Origin: Amoebophrya sp. A120
Taxonomy: Eukaryota; Protista; Dinoflagellata
Assembly (NCBI GenBank): GCA_905178155.1
Contig: CAJINV010000003.1
Coordinates: forward strand, 2,127,065-2,191,064
Direction of reading: 5' to 3'
Length of the DNA stretch: 64,000 bases
Part shown: piece after piece, positions 10,301 through 23,400 of the stretch
Position numbering within the stretch: the first letter of the stretch is position 1
Layout: each line of letters starts with the position of its first letter
Program-made: the position numbers and the translations under genes
Notes under the pieces: model-generated
Told to the model about the DNA's origin: nothing
What the model saw: only the letters and a program-made list of their open reading frames with translations
The model's database searches: none

Positions 10301-13300
10301 CCGCCAGGCTAGAGCGGTCCTGGCCTCACTGCATACCAATCAGGCGGACCGATAGCGCGCGGCGCCTGAAGAAAAGACAGCGCCCGGCAATGGCAGGCGC
10401 TTTGCGTGGTTCGCCGTGCCATGCGGCTCAAAAATTGAGCCCGGCGGAATGCTGTGCGTCAGATTATTCACCGCCGTAATATAGATGCGGCCCAGGCCAC
10501 CGCAAGCGCAATGGGGCGCCCTTCAGTTTGCAATCTACTGACGCCCTGAAAAGTTGGGGCGCTGGAAACATTCCGGAAGGTTCTTGGAAGATTTTCCCCC
10601 AGATTGCGTTAACAGAGATGGCCGTTTGTAACATCCGTCGTATGACCTGTGTGAAAACCGCCGACATGAAGAAATGAGTTCTTGTTCAACGATCGCGGAG
10701 ATACATGAAAAGTTTTTGTCTTTGTTGTGCATACAGTTTTATATATATCCTCATGCCTCCTCATGATGTGCTTCTCGGCAAAAACTGAAAATAGCTGCGT
10801 ACCTGCCCGCAAATTTGCACTTCGATCACGCCCGATAGTAAGATCAGTAAGGAAGGGGATCGGTCTTGGTCACGCGTTACGGGCACAATGTCCTCCGCTA
10901 GCGCAATTTCGTCCGTCATGGCGCGGTAGAGCAGCGTTTTGGTCTTCTGACTTGCGCCATGGAACATGGGCGTCAGAAAAAGAGGCGAATCGTCATCCAC
11001 TACTTTCTTCAGGGCGCGTTCGGCTGCGGTCGTGGGGCGAGGACGCCTGCAGCTTTTCGCTCTGGAGGCAGGCGCGTCTGCCGCGAACACGTAGTTTACG
11101 CACTTCTTCACGTTCACGCTGTCGGATAGTGCATACATGCCTTGGCTCGTGGTCCCCTCCTGCGCTCCGTCAACCAGGGCGTTGCTCGCCTCTTGTTCAG
11201 CGGTTGTCGGCTGTGCATGATCACCAGCTGCTGCGTCAACGACATCGCCCGTTCCTGTTTCCACAGGGTCGCTGCCGTCCTGCCCTTCTGAAGCCGCAGC
11301 AGGCTCGTCCCCGGCGCGCCTCTTCGAAGTTTCGATACAATCAGCCCCTTGTGCCATCTCGGCCGTGTACAGAGCAGTTGGCTGAACCCTCACTGCTCCA
11401 CGCCGGCGTGCATTCAGCAAGGTGTTCGTCGGGCGGCCAGGCGGGCTATTGATGTTCTGGCTCGCGGCTGCATTCTCGTCATCCAAATCGTCGGCGCTCC
11501 ACGCGTCCCGGTTGTCGTACATGACCTCGGCAGTGGCGCGCCACGTGCGTCCCTGCGTGCTCATAACGCGTTTGATCACAATTCGCGTTTGCTGCTTCAA
11601 GGAGTTGAGGGCGTTCCGGACGGTTGTTCTCTGCTGGGATATATCTTCATTCTGACCCTCCGCACTGGAATCCTGGTCGTCTTCATCACTGCTGTCCTCC
11701 TCGTCATCTTCGTCTGATGTGCCCTTCTTTTCTGCACCCGATTCGTCGTCGCCGGAACAGCCATCACTCTTGTCGTCTGACGCAGCTGCTCCGTCGTCCT
11801 CCGGCACTGAATTCAGCTTGCAAACCGCATCCGTCGCTCTCGAATGCTTGTTATCACCGCTCGCGGATCTTCTCGAGCTTTTGACACGGACTGTGGCTTT
11901 CTTGTCGCGCCAGGTGCTCTGCTTGCCGGTCGGGTCTTGCGTTTGTCGCTTGCCGAGCTGCGCCTTACGAGATTTCGTACCTCGCTTGTTCGCGGTGTTG
12001 CCACTTTTTCGGTTATTTCCAGTTTCACCATCAACATCGTCATCCTCGTTCTCCTCCTCGTCCTCCTCCTCATCCCCGTCGGGAAACAGCGAGTCCTCTT
12101 TGTTGGTAATATGTCGGCCAGTGTCCGACTCTGAAGCCCCAACCCGGCTTTGCATCGCTTGGCGCTTGCGTCGAGCCACCTCCACGTTTGCTCGCACCAC
12201 CCGCCGCCCGATTTGCTCCAAGTCCAGCCAGGCCCACGTGCGGAAGATCTGCAAAAAGTTGGCCCCCGTCGACACCTTTTGCAGCGCCTTCTTGGATAAC
12301 AAGTAGCAGGCACAGAAGTCCTCGGCGATCACCGTTTGCGTGTACTTCTTCCCGATGTCCAGCACGCTCTGCTCTTCAAACCAGCAATTTTCCGCCAGCT
12401 CCTTCACGAGCACGCCTCGACAGAACGCCAGCGCTTTCCCGAGCCGCAGGAAAAACATGCAGTCGGACGTGGTGTCCTCCTGACAGAGCATCTCGCCGGG
12501 CGTGTAGATTCGCTTTTGCAGCGAGTTCTCCACCTGTTTGAGCGAATGGATCGGCAGCCACTGCGCGAACTCCGGAATGATGTTGGTCAGGTGAAAGGGG
12601 GTGCTGCGAATCAAGTTGTCGAAATTGATTTGTCCCATGGACTGAAACAACTCGAACTCGTCGGGAAACCCCACCGTCAAAAGGTCCCACAGGTCCTCGC
12701 GCAGAATGACGAGACACTCGCACCCGGAGGCGTTCTGCAACGAAGACGCGTCGTGGCTCGAGGTGGACCCACTGCTGCTGCTGTCTGCTTGCTGCCCGTT
12801 GGCACTAGTACCGGTTGTGGTCCCAGCCCCGGTCGAGGCTGTCGCCGAAGATGAGCCCCCGCTTGCTGCATTGTTGTAACCCGCCGTCGGACCTCCAGCC
12901 TTCCCACCACTGGCGGACATACCGCCACTGGTCAGCGCAAGGTCCACGGCGCGCACAGTAGCTGTTCGCTTCCGAGAAATGCCTAACACGGCCAGCTCGC
13001 CGACAATTTCTCCCTCATTCAGCTTCTTCACGACCTCGTTCACGCCAGTCGTCCGGTTGCGCACCTCAATCTGCACTGCCCCCTGAAACACGATGCACAT
13101 AGAATTTCCGTTCGTGTCGCCCTCCTGGAAGATTAGTTCGCCGGGACCGAATCGCTTGCGCAGAGTGCGGCACGAGAGCCGGTACACGAATTCCAGACGG
13201 CAGCCCTCAAAAAACGACATTTTCCGGAACGTATTCACCATGCGGGACTGTTGTGTGTTCATTGGGCTTGAATCCGTCAGAATAGAACAAGAAGCTGCTT

Positions 13301-14150
13301 CACTTTTGCTACTTCATGTTCATCTTCATTCATAGTACCAAAGTGTATCGATAGACTCGGAATGTAACTAAGTATATTATGGTGTGGGGCATAAAAAACC
13401 ACTGCGCCAACCTTCATCTGAAACTCAAGAACAACACACGTTTACACACCATGTCCTCGACTTGCAATTGGCGCGCATGCGCAGAGCCGGTGGCATTAGT
13501 GATGATGTGGTGGTACGGCGCCCAGGCGATCGTGACTGGCTCTTCGGACAGCGGAATCGCCGTCACCGTGCGTTGATCCGTGAAGCCCATGCAGTTTAGA
13601 TCGGAAAGAATGTCCCACTCCCGGAGACTGTCCACTTGCGTCCACCGGTCCGTCCCCAAAATCGCGGTAATTTGCGTGTCGGACAGCAGCTGCTCCTCAT
13701 CCTCTTCGTTGCCGTTGTCGCTAACCAGGTCGACGCTGTCCTCCTCCTCTTCGATGGTCGTGGTTGTTATCCGGGCTGCGTTGGTCGCCTCGCGCTTCGC
13801 CTCCCGACAATACTGGTACAGCCCGACCTGTTGTAGCAGTAGCAGAGAAATTCTTTTTCTTTTGTCTTATGTACGTAGCTCTTCTGATCTATGTATTCTA
13901 CTTCTCGCCATTTGCATTCTCGATAGTCAAGGCCTAGCAGTTCGTGCATTTTTTGTTTTTGGCACAGTATTCTTATTACCCTCCCCTGAACGACGATTCC
14001 GCATCGGTGCTTTTCCAGGAAGCGAGCCTTCTCCAAAAAGATGACGGAACCTTGCTCATAGTCCTGCTTGATAATGTTGGAGTGGTAGCCAAATTGCACG
14101 TACTCCGCCAAGTACGGCTTCCCTAGCTGCGCAGAAAGAGGCGACGGCAT
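4304..14150 (-). CDS. Large multi-exon protein with several cyclic-nucleotide-binding (cNMP/CAP_ED-type) domains separated by low-complexity linkers
   Basis: GT-AG exons that join in frame: 14150-13980, 13827-13450, 13247-10803, 8209-7741, 7549-7129, 6911-4304. CNB motifs include GELIFQEGD...MCIVFQGAV...GEIVGELAVL...RTATVRA; GEMLCQED...MFFLRLG; FVILRGRV...GDLLNELCAL...RTTGAVC. Confidence 0.8.
8236..10340. repeat. Diverged internal direct repeat of ~580 bp (8236-~8820 vs ~9755-~10340)
   Basis: Collinear shared blocks: cgcctgggcctcc, gggcccactt, tttttggcggggcgcg, gcgaggcccgaac, atgcgg.ctcggtgt, ccgcttgaa..ctgccgg, ct.catac.aa. Confidence 0.75.
9038..9362. repeat. Array of 11-bp AAATCCTTCCG-like units in direct (9038-9126, 9218-9249) and inverted (9326-9362) orientation
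   Basis: gaaatccttccgaaatccttcccaaatcc... and the inverse cggaaggatttcggaaggatttcg are read directly. A degenerate echo occurs at 10563-10595. Confidence 0.85.
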
Positions 14151-14754
14151 GCCTCACACCTTATCTGCAAATAGCTCGCAGCAATGCCTCCCCGGACGGC
14201 CGTCCGCGTGCGCGTAGGTAGCCAACTACGACCAACGCATCACTCCTCTGACCGTTCGAAACGAGAAATACGCGACCACTCACAAATTGTTGCTCGGGAC
14301 GTCCAGGAGGGCAACGAAACTATTCCAAAGTGAATGCGTGCCTATCCATCACATCGTAGCCCGTTCGAAGACGCGTCCAACATGACCAGAAGAGGGTCAA
14401 GAACGACGGGAAGAAGCCAAACCCAACTTCTCGCTTTACCAAGAAATGAAGGCAAGGACCAAGAAAACGAAAAGGAAAAAGCCCTGACTCTCATTCATAG
14501 TAATCACTCTCAGTTCTTGGGCAATGTTGCAATAATTAGGACGAGAGCGATAACTACCCTCTTCATAAGCGGCAACGAACAGTGCCACAATACAGGGCCG
14601 AGAAACCAACATTCTCAAATTACATCGCTATGAAACACATCACGGAGTCAGAACACAACGCGACGGAAAGGAAAGCTCCGAACTCGCTCGGCTTTGTGCT
14701 GTTCACCGGTTCAAGGAATTGAAAGCAAGAAAACCGGACAACAAACCGAGACAA

Positions 14755-16850
14755 CGTTCCAGGCGGGCAGCCAACGGGCCACACGGGCCAGGGCGGCTAC
14801 GAGATCAGAGGGCAAGCGGCAGGGGTGCGCGCGCCTTAAACGGAGTGGCACGGGCTGGAGAGGGCGCCTAGCCCCCCCTCTACGATCGAACGGAAAATGG
14901 CCACCGACCCTCCCGCCCGGGCGACACACAAAGGCCGCGCACCAACCTACTTACGACAAACGAAGCGCCCCCCTTCCTCGACGGGCCGGCGCGCCGGTCC
15001 GCCGCCCTTGCCGGTGCGGCCGCGCGCTGCCGCCCCTCGGGCACCCCGCGGCCCCCCTTGCAGCAAAAGGAAGGGCCACCACCAGAAGCATGCAACAAAC
15101 GGAAGCAGCGGGCCCTTTAACGCTGCGACGGCTGTAGTCCACCCCGCTTGTCTTTCTTTCTGGGCCCGACTCCTCGGGGAGATCGCGCGCCCACATCAAA
15201 GACGTCAACACCCTGCCGCGCCTGGTCCTGTCAGGCTCGACAAACGCCGCCGGACTTTTGCCATTGCCAAGAGCCGCCCGGCATTCTCGCGGCAACAAGG
15301 TAAGGCCATGCATCGGGCGAGCACCGTGCCCCTTCGAGTCCCTTCATTGCGGCCCGCTGCCATCAACTAGCTGCCGCGGCGCAGCGACTTGCTACGGCCG
15401 CTGCTGGGCCTGCGTTGTTCCATTCTGCCCCTCTAGCTCTGTCGCCTGTGCCCCGCGGTACTGCAGCCCAAGGCCCCTGGCGGCGCACTTGGGGCGCGCC
15501 TTCGGGTTGGCGTTCCAAAAGCCCGGCAAAACGGGGGCCGGATTCCCCCGCTGCGCGTGGCAGGCTACCGAGTGCGCGGCCGCGCCGCCTCCCTTGCATA
15601 ACTGGGAGAACCGGCCGCCGGCCGCGGTCCTCCAATGAATCCCCGGGACAGAGACCGGGCGGCGCCGCCGTTGCCCCGGCGCCGGGGCGGGTCCGATTGC
15701 GGCCCGATATGTTAGCCGGCCGCCGGCCCCCGGCCCGAGACGAGCTCCGCCAGCCTGTTTTTGTCAGTGCGTCAGCGGAAGAAGCGCCGGCGTCATTGCG
15801 CGCTGCCCCGCTGCCAATCTACGCCTCAGAGATGGAAGGATCGCCCTCCGATTCCTGCTCCAGCGCGGGGGCCGCGTGACCGTCTGCGCCATGGCTGCGG
15901 ACCCACATATTTGGACTGCGCCGGCGGGCCGCAATCCTCCCCGGCTCGCCAGTGCCTTCGACCCGCCCCACTCGCCCCCCTGGCTGCCGCGCCACAGGCG
16001 AAGTCCCTGCCGCTGCTGTTTGCGCGCTTTCTCCTCTTGGGGCGAAGCGGTGCGCGTCGACTCTTGACCGCGCCACGCCCCCTCCGCCCGGGGTTTCTTT
16101 TTGTTTCGGGGGACCGTCAGCGGCCGCTGCAGTCTCGGCCGCGGCCGTGGCATCGGCGGGGGGGCTTCTTCCGGGACGAGGGGGCGGGCGCGGCCTTCTT
16201 CTTTTCGGTCGGCACGCGAGCAGTGGCTGTCTTCTTAGTGCCAGAAGAAGAAGCGGCCGGAGGGAGGCCCGCCAGGCTTTTTCTTCTCTTTTCGTTCGCC
16301 GGGGCCTGAGTAACCTACGAGACCTCGGGCAGCCGCTTCCTTTTCGGTGAGGGGCCCCCCAGATTCCAAACAGCGCTTCTTCTGATCCCCCGCAATCTTG
16401 TCCCTCATTTCGTCGCGCTCGCGGAACCGTTCCTCCATCTCGGGGCCCACCCCGTCAGGTTCCGGCAAGTGCCGCGAATGCCCCTCAAGTTTAGTCTGGT
16501 CGTAAGCACGCTGCCCCCCAAAGTGGAAAGGCTCCGCCAAGTTGCGCGGAAAAGGGGGCCGCGAAATGCTGCGCGCTCACCTCCTGCAGCTGCGCAGGCA
16601 AAACCGCGAGGGAACTGGTCCCACTTAGTTAAGGCGCGCCACGCCATCGATCACTCCGCCGGTAGGCGTCCGCGGTTCGTCGGGCACCGTAAAAGTTTTG
16701 GTAGTGCTTGGCAGCGCACCCTTACCCCGCGGGCAACGCTGGGCCACATCCGCGCCATCGCCCGCGATTATGCCAGCCCCTGGCCCCCCTTCAATACGTT
16801 AGCCATCAATGACCGATCTTTCTCTGAGCCAGACACGCCCCCGCTACAAA
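14755..16850. other. GC-rich degenerate island (probable decayed mobile element or pseudogene)
   Basis: Abrupt GC enrichment relative to flanks, only short overlapping ORFs, and a protein-like remnant on the minus strand (RFRERDEMRDKIAGDQKKRCLE near 16350-16440). No flanking direct repeat found by eye. Boundaries approximate. Confidence 0.55.
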
Positions 16851-17456
16851 ATGCGGCGTAGACGTCAAAGTGGCATCACCCGCGACTTGCTCATCCACTT
16901 CGAACACCGCCTGCCACAAACAACGCGTTTGTTGCCAGCGCACTTCTTCCTTCTTGTTTCACTTGCCACCAGATATATCAATTTTTTTGATATTGCTCTT
17001 GTTCGGTATTCGTACATAGGGAGCGTGCAAACTTTCTTCAAGGTGACGGACTATTGCAACAAAGATCGTCACCTTTTTCCAAGGTGCGGTCACAAAATTT
17101 TCTTCATCACGCTGCTCAGCTCATCTCGGTAGTTTCAGTGTACGAGCGCAAGTGTGTTCGTCTTCGTATTTCAGATGAATCATCTGCCTCGGTTTTCATA
17201 TGGTGCATCGCATCTTACCGCCAAGTAGAAGCTGACAGTTCACTAGTATCATGTTGGCGAGAAACAACAGTGTCAAGCCTATGTCTGAAACACTGAAAAA
17301 AACCCTATACCTACTGAAGTACTTGCTCTGTTTACGTATCTCTCATTCACAATCATTCACTTGGACAATGAAACACTAACACATGACGTCTTGGTTTGGA
17401 CATTGATCTGCTTCTGGTAGTACAATTCTGGTCTTCTACGTGGTGGAAAAAAACCT

Positions 17457-20400
17457 TCAAGTAGAAACGTGTGCCCCTGCCACTTCGATCCTTTGTGCGG
17501 ACAATCGCCTGCTACCCGTCCCGACAGAGCCTCTTTTTCCACCAATGATAGACCCGCGCTTCTGCGCTTCCAGGTCTTGCAGTACGATGGACGCGCGGCG
17601 CGGAAAATCCATCAGCTTCAACAGCAATGGCTCCATCTCGCGGGGACGCACCACCTCGTTTTGGCGCACTTTTTGCTCCAGCTTCTGCAGTGCTCGTTCG
17701 CGATTGGCTTCCAGCAGGTTCACGCGATCCTGCAACTGAGAAAGCTTCTGGCTCATGGTCTCGTAAGAACCCGCCAGGTTGTTCGCGATTTTTCTTTTCT
17801 CCTCATTCACGTCCATCGGAAGGAGGTCTCCGTGAAGATCCGACTTTTCACACTCAGCTTCGACCCCCGCCTCCGGCTTCATTTCCATGACGCCCTTCCT
17901 TCGGAACACCAACGTCTGGACGATCTCCTCGAGGAGCAGCTTGAGTCCGCAATTCCTTTGGGTCACCCGCGCGTGGTGATTCAACAACACCGAGTACTCG
18001 TTGCAGTCGGACAGCAAAATCTCGTAGTCTTCCTCGCGTCGCTTCCGAATGTCGGACAGGGTCGCTTTGGTCCGCTCGAAGTGGGCCAGCTGCTTTTGCG
18101 CGATCTTGTAGCGCTCCTTCAAAGCCTGCACCTCTTCCGCGAGTTCCCGGTTCGGGTTCGCTTGCATCATCCGCAGCGTTTTTCTCCTTTCGAAGACCAG
18201 CTGCTTCTGCAGCTCTCGGCGCTCCTTCCGCCGCTTTTCCAGCTTCGCGCGGACCACTTGCCTCCGGTACAGTGCTTGCTCCAGTGCGTCGGTTTTCAAA
18301 CGGTGCAAAATCTTCAAGCGCGGCCGGCAGTTATCGACGTCTTGCTTCAACAGGGAAATGCGGTCTTGGTTCTTCAAAAGCATGTCGGCATTCTTACACA
18401 GGCACTCGCAGACGTGCATCAGAATCAGCAGTTGTTCATTCTGTTTCGGCGGAAAAACCACCTTCGTGACATTGGCGACTGTCCGCGCCGCTTGTTTAAA
18501 TAAGTTGAACAACGTATTGCGCCCGCGGTCATTTTGTTCCACCAGTTCTCCCCCCTCGTCGTCCTCCTCCTCCAGGACCGACGAATCTTCCCTGCGCGCC
18601 CCCGCCCGAAACCTTTGCGACATTTTCGCCTCAACCAAAGTGGTGGGCGCGCGCGGCTGGTGCACAGCTCTTGACGTTATTCGCGCCGTGGTGCCACGCA
18701 AGAGACGCAACGTGCGGCCGCGACTTTTCTGCTGCGCAGCAGGACCTCCTGTCGTAGTTATGCGACCACCCGTTTCTACTTCCGAAGGTAGTACAACTAC
18801 TCCTTCTGCTTCTTCCGCGCCCTCGTCAGCACACTCCTCTGGAATCGTGTCCACAATTGTTGTGCCACGAGGACCACCACGCGCGGCAGCTCCTGAAGTG
18901 CTGTTGCCGCGCGCCGGGTTCAACGCCTGCCGCAAGTCCAACACGCGGAAGTGCTCCCCGCGACGCTCCCAAATCTGTTCCAGCGCGGCCTGGAGACGCT
19001 CCAGGGCCCGCAAACGTCGTCCCTGGGGATTGGTCTCGCGCGGGTACTGAAACAAAAGGTCCACCGGATACTCCAGCCGCACTTCGCCGTTGCGCACACT
19101 GCCAACGAGCGCGACGAACTCGCTCCAGCTCACGTCCGTTCGGTAGCCTACCGGTTGCTGGGTCGACGTCCCACCCGCGCCCCCCGCAACCGCAAGCGCC
19201 TCCAGCGCGTCCTGCTCCGTCAGCTGCTTCGACACCGCAGCGAGTTCGGAAATGGGCTGGTTCTCCAGGTTGCTGCTGTCTCCGGTTAGAAGGCCGCCTT
19301 GTTGGGGCGCGGCGACCAGACTCTCGATTTGGCACTGAATCATCACCGGCTGCGTGATGAACGCACGCACAAGCGTCCCCACGTCCGCCACCGAGAGGCG
19401 CTCGCTCGAGAATGATGACTCCAGCGCGGTAGCACTGCCATCCACGAGGTCTCCTACCCCGATCGCGGAGAACGCAGCACTCTTTCGCTTTGCGGTGCTG
19501 CCGCCGATCGCCGCGACCCCGTAAATCTCCTCGCCTGTGCCGTCATCCCTTGGTGCTGCATCTGGGTGGGCAGGAGTCACTGGGGAGTCGTTCTGCAGCT
19601 GCTGGAGCGCATTCAGGTCGGAATCCTGCAAAGCAATAGTGTCGTTGCGCCGCCGATACCGAGGGTCGTTGGAAAACACTCGCGAATTCGCTCGCTTCTT
19701 CATAGCTTGCTGCTTCTTGCGGTTTTTCAGAAACGTGAGATACGAAACCGTCATCGGAGCAACAGGAGCGTGCTTACTTGTTTTCAACGCAGAGAGCGGT
19801 CCTGCCTCAGCGTCCAGCGCAACCTGGACGCGTTGCGCGAAAACATCTTCGGAAATGCCGAGCAGAGCCTCGATTCGCGCCACGTGGGCGGGATCTCCAA
19901 GTGCATCTTGCTGCACGGGACCCGTAATCGCCTCAGAAGAAACGTCTCCAGCAAAATGAGTGCCCATGACTCTAGCTCGTAACTCCTCCACTTGATCCTC
20001 CGCGCAAAAAAGCGCGCGGTGTCGCTGCAGCGTCTGGAGCACTCTGTGCGCCCTGCTAATGCCTTGATGTAGTTCGGGGCTACTTTCTTCATGTTTCACA
20101 TCCTCTGCAATTGCTGCTGCAGATGCGGGCGGGTGGTCACCGAGCTGCCCTTCTAGGGCCGTCTCTATCCGAAGAAAATTGTTCGTGGAACCAAATACCA
20201 GACTGCGTGATCGCCCCTCGATTGCGTCCCCAGAAGCTGCAATCTGCTGAACGGATGCCAGCGCGTCGCCCCCACCCATTTCTAAAGCGGCCGCTTGGTG
20301 CTGCAATCCCTGGAGAAGCAGTGCGCGAGGGGAAAGCAGTTCCTTCGACAGCCTCGTAGTTGCTTTCCGCCGTCGTCCCCGTTTCCGCGTATCACGGAAA

Positions 20401-23400
20401 GTACCCATAGCTGCACTGTCACAAGAAGAGGACGAAGAAGAAAAGTCAGGCGATTTTCGAGGATCCGCCACAGCAAGCGATCCTGCCCCTGTGTGGGGTC
20501 TTTTCTTAGCCCCCAGTTCGAATATCGTCTGCTCTGGTCCAATTTCAACCTGTAAGCGATTATTGTCCCCCATCCGAATGATTTCTGGATCGTCTAGTAG
20601 GCTGGCACGGAAAACATTTTTAATGGAGGCCCGACTCTTCCGGTGGTTTGAAAACACTTTTATGGAGTCGCGGTTCGTCGATCGCCGGCCCTGGTGCTTG
20701 GTTGTCGCGGTGGCTGTGGATATGGACACCCGTTTGGCCGTCGTGCTTTTCCTCTTATTCTTCTCACCCGTTTGGCTGTAAGTCACTGCTGATTGCTTGG
20801 AACTTTCGCTATGGCTGATCGCACTCGTGCGAGTTTTACCTACAGATGAATGTGGCTCAGCGAGAGTACCTGCGGCATTTTTCTGTCCACCGGTGTTTGC
20901 GACTCCGACGTCGGGGATATTACTCCTGCCTGGCTCCGCAGTCTTGCTCGAAAGAAACCCCCGCTTTACGTCGTCCTTCAAAATTTCCCCCTCGGCGGGC
21001 TGGGGCGCATTCGTCTCCGCTGCCTCTGCGTTATTTTCACGTCGTGGTAACATTGCCGTAGAACTGCTGTCGGAAACTGTCCGCCGGGTAGACTTCGACG
21101 CGAGGAAAGTGGCTCGTCGCGCAACGCCATCTAAGCGAAGTGGCTCGTTGCGAATAGATTGCTCTCTTCCCGGAGAGAGGTCAAATCGCGTGCCGCGAAA
21201 CAAAGTCGACCGCGAGAGCTGCACTTTCGGAGTGTCATCGTCGACCCCTGAGAACCCGGACGACGACGAAGCTCTCTCGTCATCGGCATTCCGCTTGCTT
21301 TTCCGTGGCCCACCCGGCAACACCAGTGCGCCTGGAGCAACGTATTGGCCAACTGCATCGTTAGACTGCCCCAGGAAAGTTTCGTCACCAGTGGTCGCGT
21401 TTGCACTTGGCTTGCCGGAATCGCCCGCTGCTGCGGACGCCCGAGGCCGCGGGTTCGCTCTTCCACCAGCCGTGTCGCGGGAGTGGGTACTCTTGGAATC
21501 TCCTCGCTCATCATTATCGTCGTGCAGTTCGCGATTGTTCCCGCCCGCACCTGTGACGAGGTCCTGTGCGTCTTCTTCATCGTCCTCCTTCGCAAAGTTC
21601 ACTGCTCGCTGCTTACTGTGCGGCGCTGACATACCGACGGCGGTCGTGCTATCCATGTTCACACTCAAACGCAACAGCATAGCGGCGTGGTCCTCCTGGT
21701 TCGAGAGCCTGCGCTTGGCATCCGCGAACGAGTCGCTCCTGCTGATAGGCTCTTCCTGGTCGTCGTCACTTCCCTTTTGCGGGTTCGGCGTTGATGGCGG
21801 CGCTCCGGGAGGGAGCAGCAAGTTGTTGGTTTTGTTCTTCGCTGCGCCTGACGTGCCCACCTGGCTCACGTTTGACGTAGTTGCACCGCCACCGCCAAAA
21901 AAGGGTATGAGCAGCCGGTTGGCAAAACTCCGACCCGCACTTGTTCGTTTTTCGATGGACGCAGACTTTGCCGGAGGGGCTGGCGACCCGTGCGGCTCCT
22001 CTTCCAGTTGCCCTCGGTCAGACGCAAGAAATTTTCCAAACACAACGTTTTGCACAGCGGCAAACAACACGCTAGCCCTTCTGGTTGTTGCCGGAACGCT
22101 CACACTTTGCTTGCTGGCGGAAGATACCGGCGCCGCAGTTTCGCCTTCGCCGGGGATAATGGAAGTGGTGGGGAGTTCTTTGCTTCCGCTCTGCTGGGAT
22201 GCCTGATGAGTATGAATCTTGAACACTGTATGTGAATTTGAATGCAGTGATCGGACAGGAACGACGAACCGTAATCTGACTGTAAGTCTGCTCATGTAGA
22301 TTTACAATTTATGTTGAATCACAAGCGAAATAAACCTCTGTTATTTAAGCCATACCGAGGTCCCAGGATTGGAGGATAACCCACTTTTTCTCTCGCTTTC
22401 CACCGGGGGTGCGGATTCTGTGCGTCCCTTTCCACTTGCAGCCGCGGCCGCAGCCATGCTCGCACGCTTTTCGGAGAAGCTCTTCCGTAATTTCAACGTG
22501 TTCTCGGTGCTCATGGGAATGAAGGGATTCGACTCGTAAGCCTGACGCACCGCAGCAGCCATGCTGCCCTCGACGGATATGGCAGACGCCATCTGCTCGA
22601 GATCCTTTGGGGCCTCGCGCAACGTAGCAGAGCTGATGCCGGCCCCCTCGCTTTTCCTGGCTCCTTTTTTGGACTTAGTGTTCGCAGACATACTGGACCG
22701 GGCGGAGAACCCCATCGGGGTCGAACCCGTTCCGCCTAGCAGCTCTCGTTGCGAGGAGGAGCTGGAACGCAATCTGCCGCCAAGAGCCTGAGAAGCCGCG
22801 CCCGGCGCATCTGTGATCGATCTCCGCTGCTGCTGGGGCACAATATTAATGCCGGGCGATGGCCCGGTTAGCGATCCGCGTCCACCATTGCTTCCTCGTC
22901 GTGATTTGAACAGATTTATGACAGTCCCGTCGTCAGCACTATCGGGCGCAAGAACTCGGCTGGCACGCGAGGGTCCGGCGCTTCCACCGCCGATCACAAT
23001 TGGCCCGGTCAGAGGTGGACGATTTGCCGCCTCGTCGTGGGGCGCGTCGCTTGCAACAGCTTCGCCATGAGAAGACGTTCGAGCAGCGGCCTTGTCAGCT
23101 GCGTAACCGTCCATGAGTTCTTGCGTCTCCGCGGGCCCTCCACCCTGCGCTTGCAAAGGACGCAGGTTGTTTATCGTTGGGGGCGCCGCGCTCAGTTGCT
23201 GCTCCGAGAGTAAGCTGGAGGGCCGCTTGCTCCTCTGACTGCTTGTGCCGGCGTTTCCTGAGGACAGCTCGATCGAGGCACGCAGTCTTTTCTGCAGCTT
23301 CAGCGAATGATCTTCAAAACTATCTTCCTCCGCCTTGACCGAGCCCGTACTGGTGTTGTCGCTCAAAGACTTCGGAGTTTCCGAAGAGGCGGTCGCGACG

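Larger units (their letters stand above)
8194..10672. mobile_element. ~2.4-kb GC-rich insertion (8236-10630) flanked by a perfect 42-bp direct repeat (putative TSD), inside an intron of the cNMP-binding gene
   Basis: acatccgtcgtatgacctgtgtgaaaaccgccgacatgaaga occurs identically at 8194-8235 and 10631-10672. The interior is compositionally distinct and has no credible ORF. Confidence 0.85.

Noticed and set aside
14640-16930. Searched for TSD/TIR around GC island 2 (and island 3)
   Set aside because: None found by eye, so these are not called as defined mobile elements.
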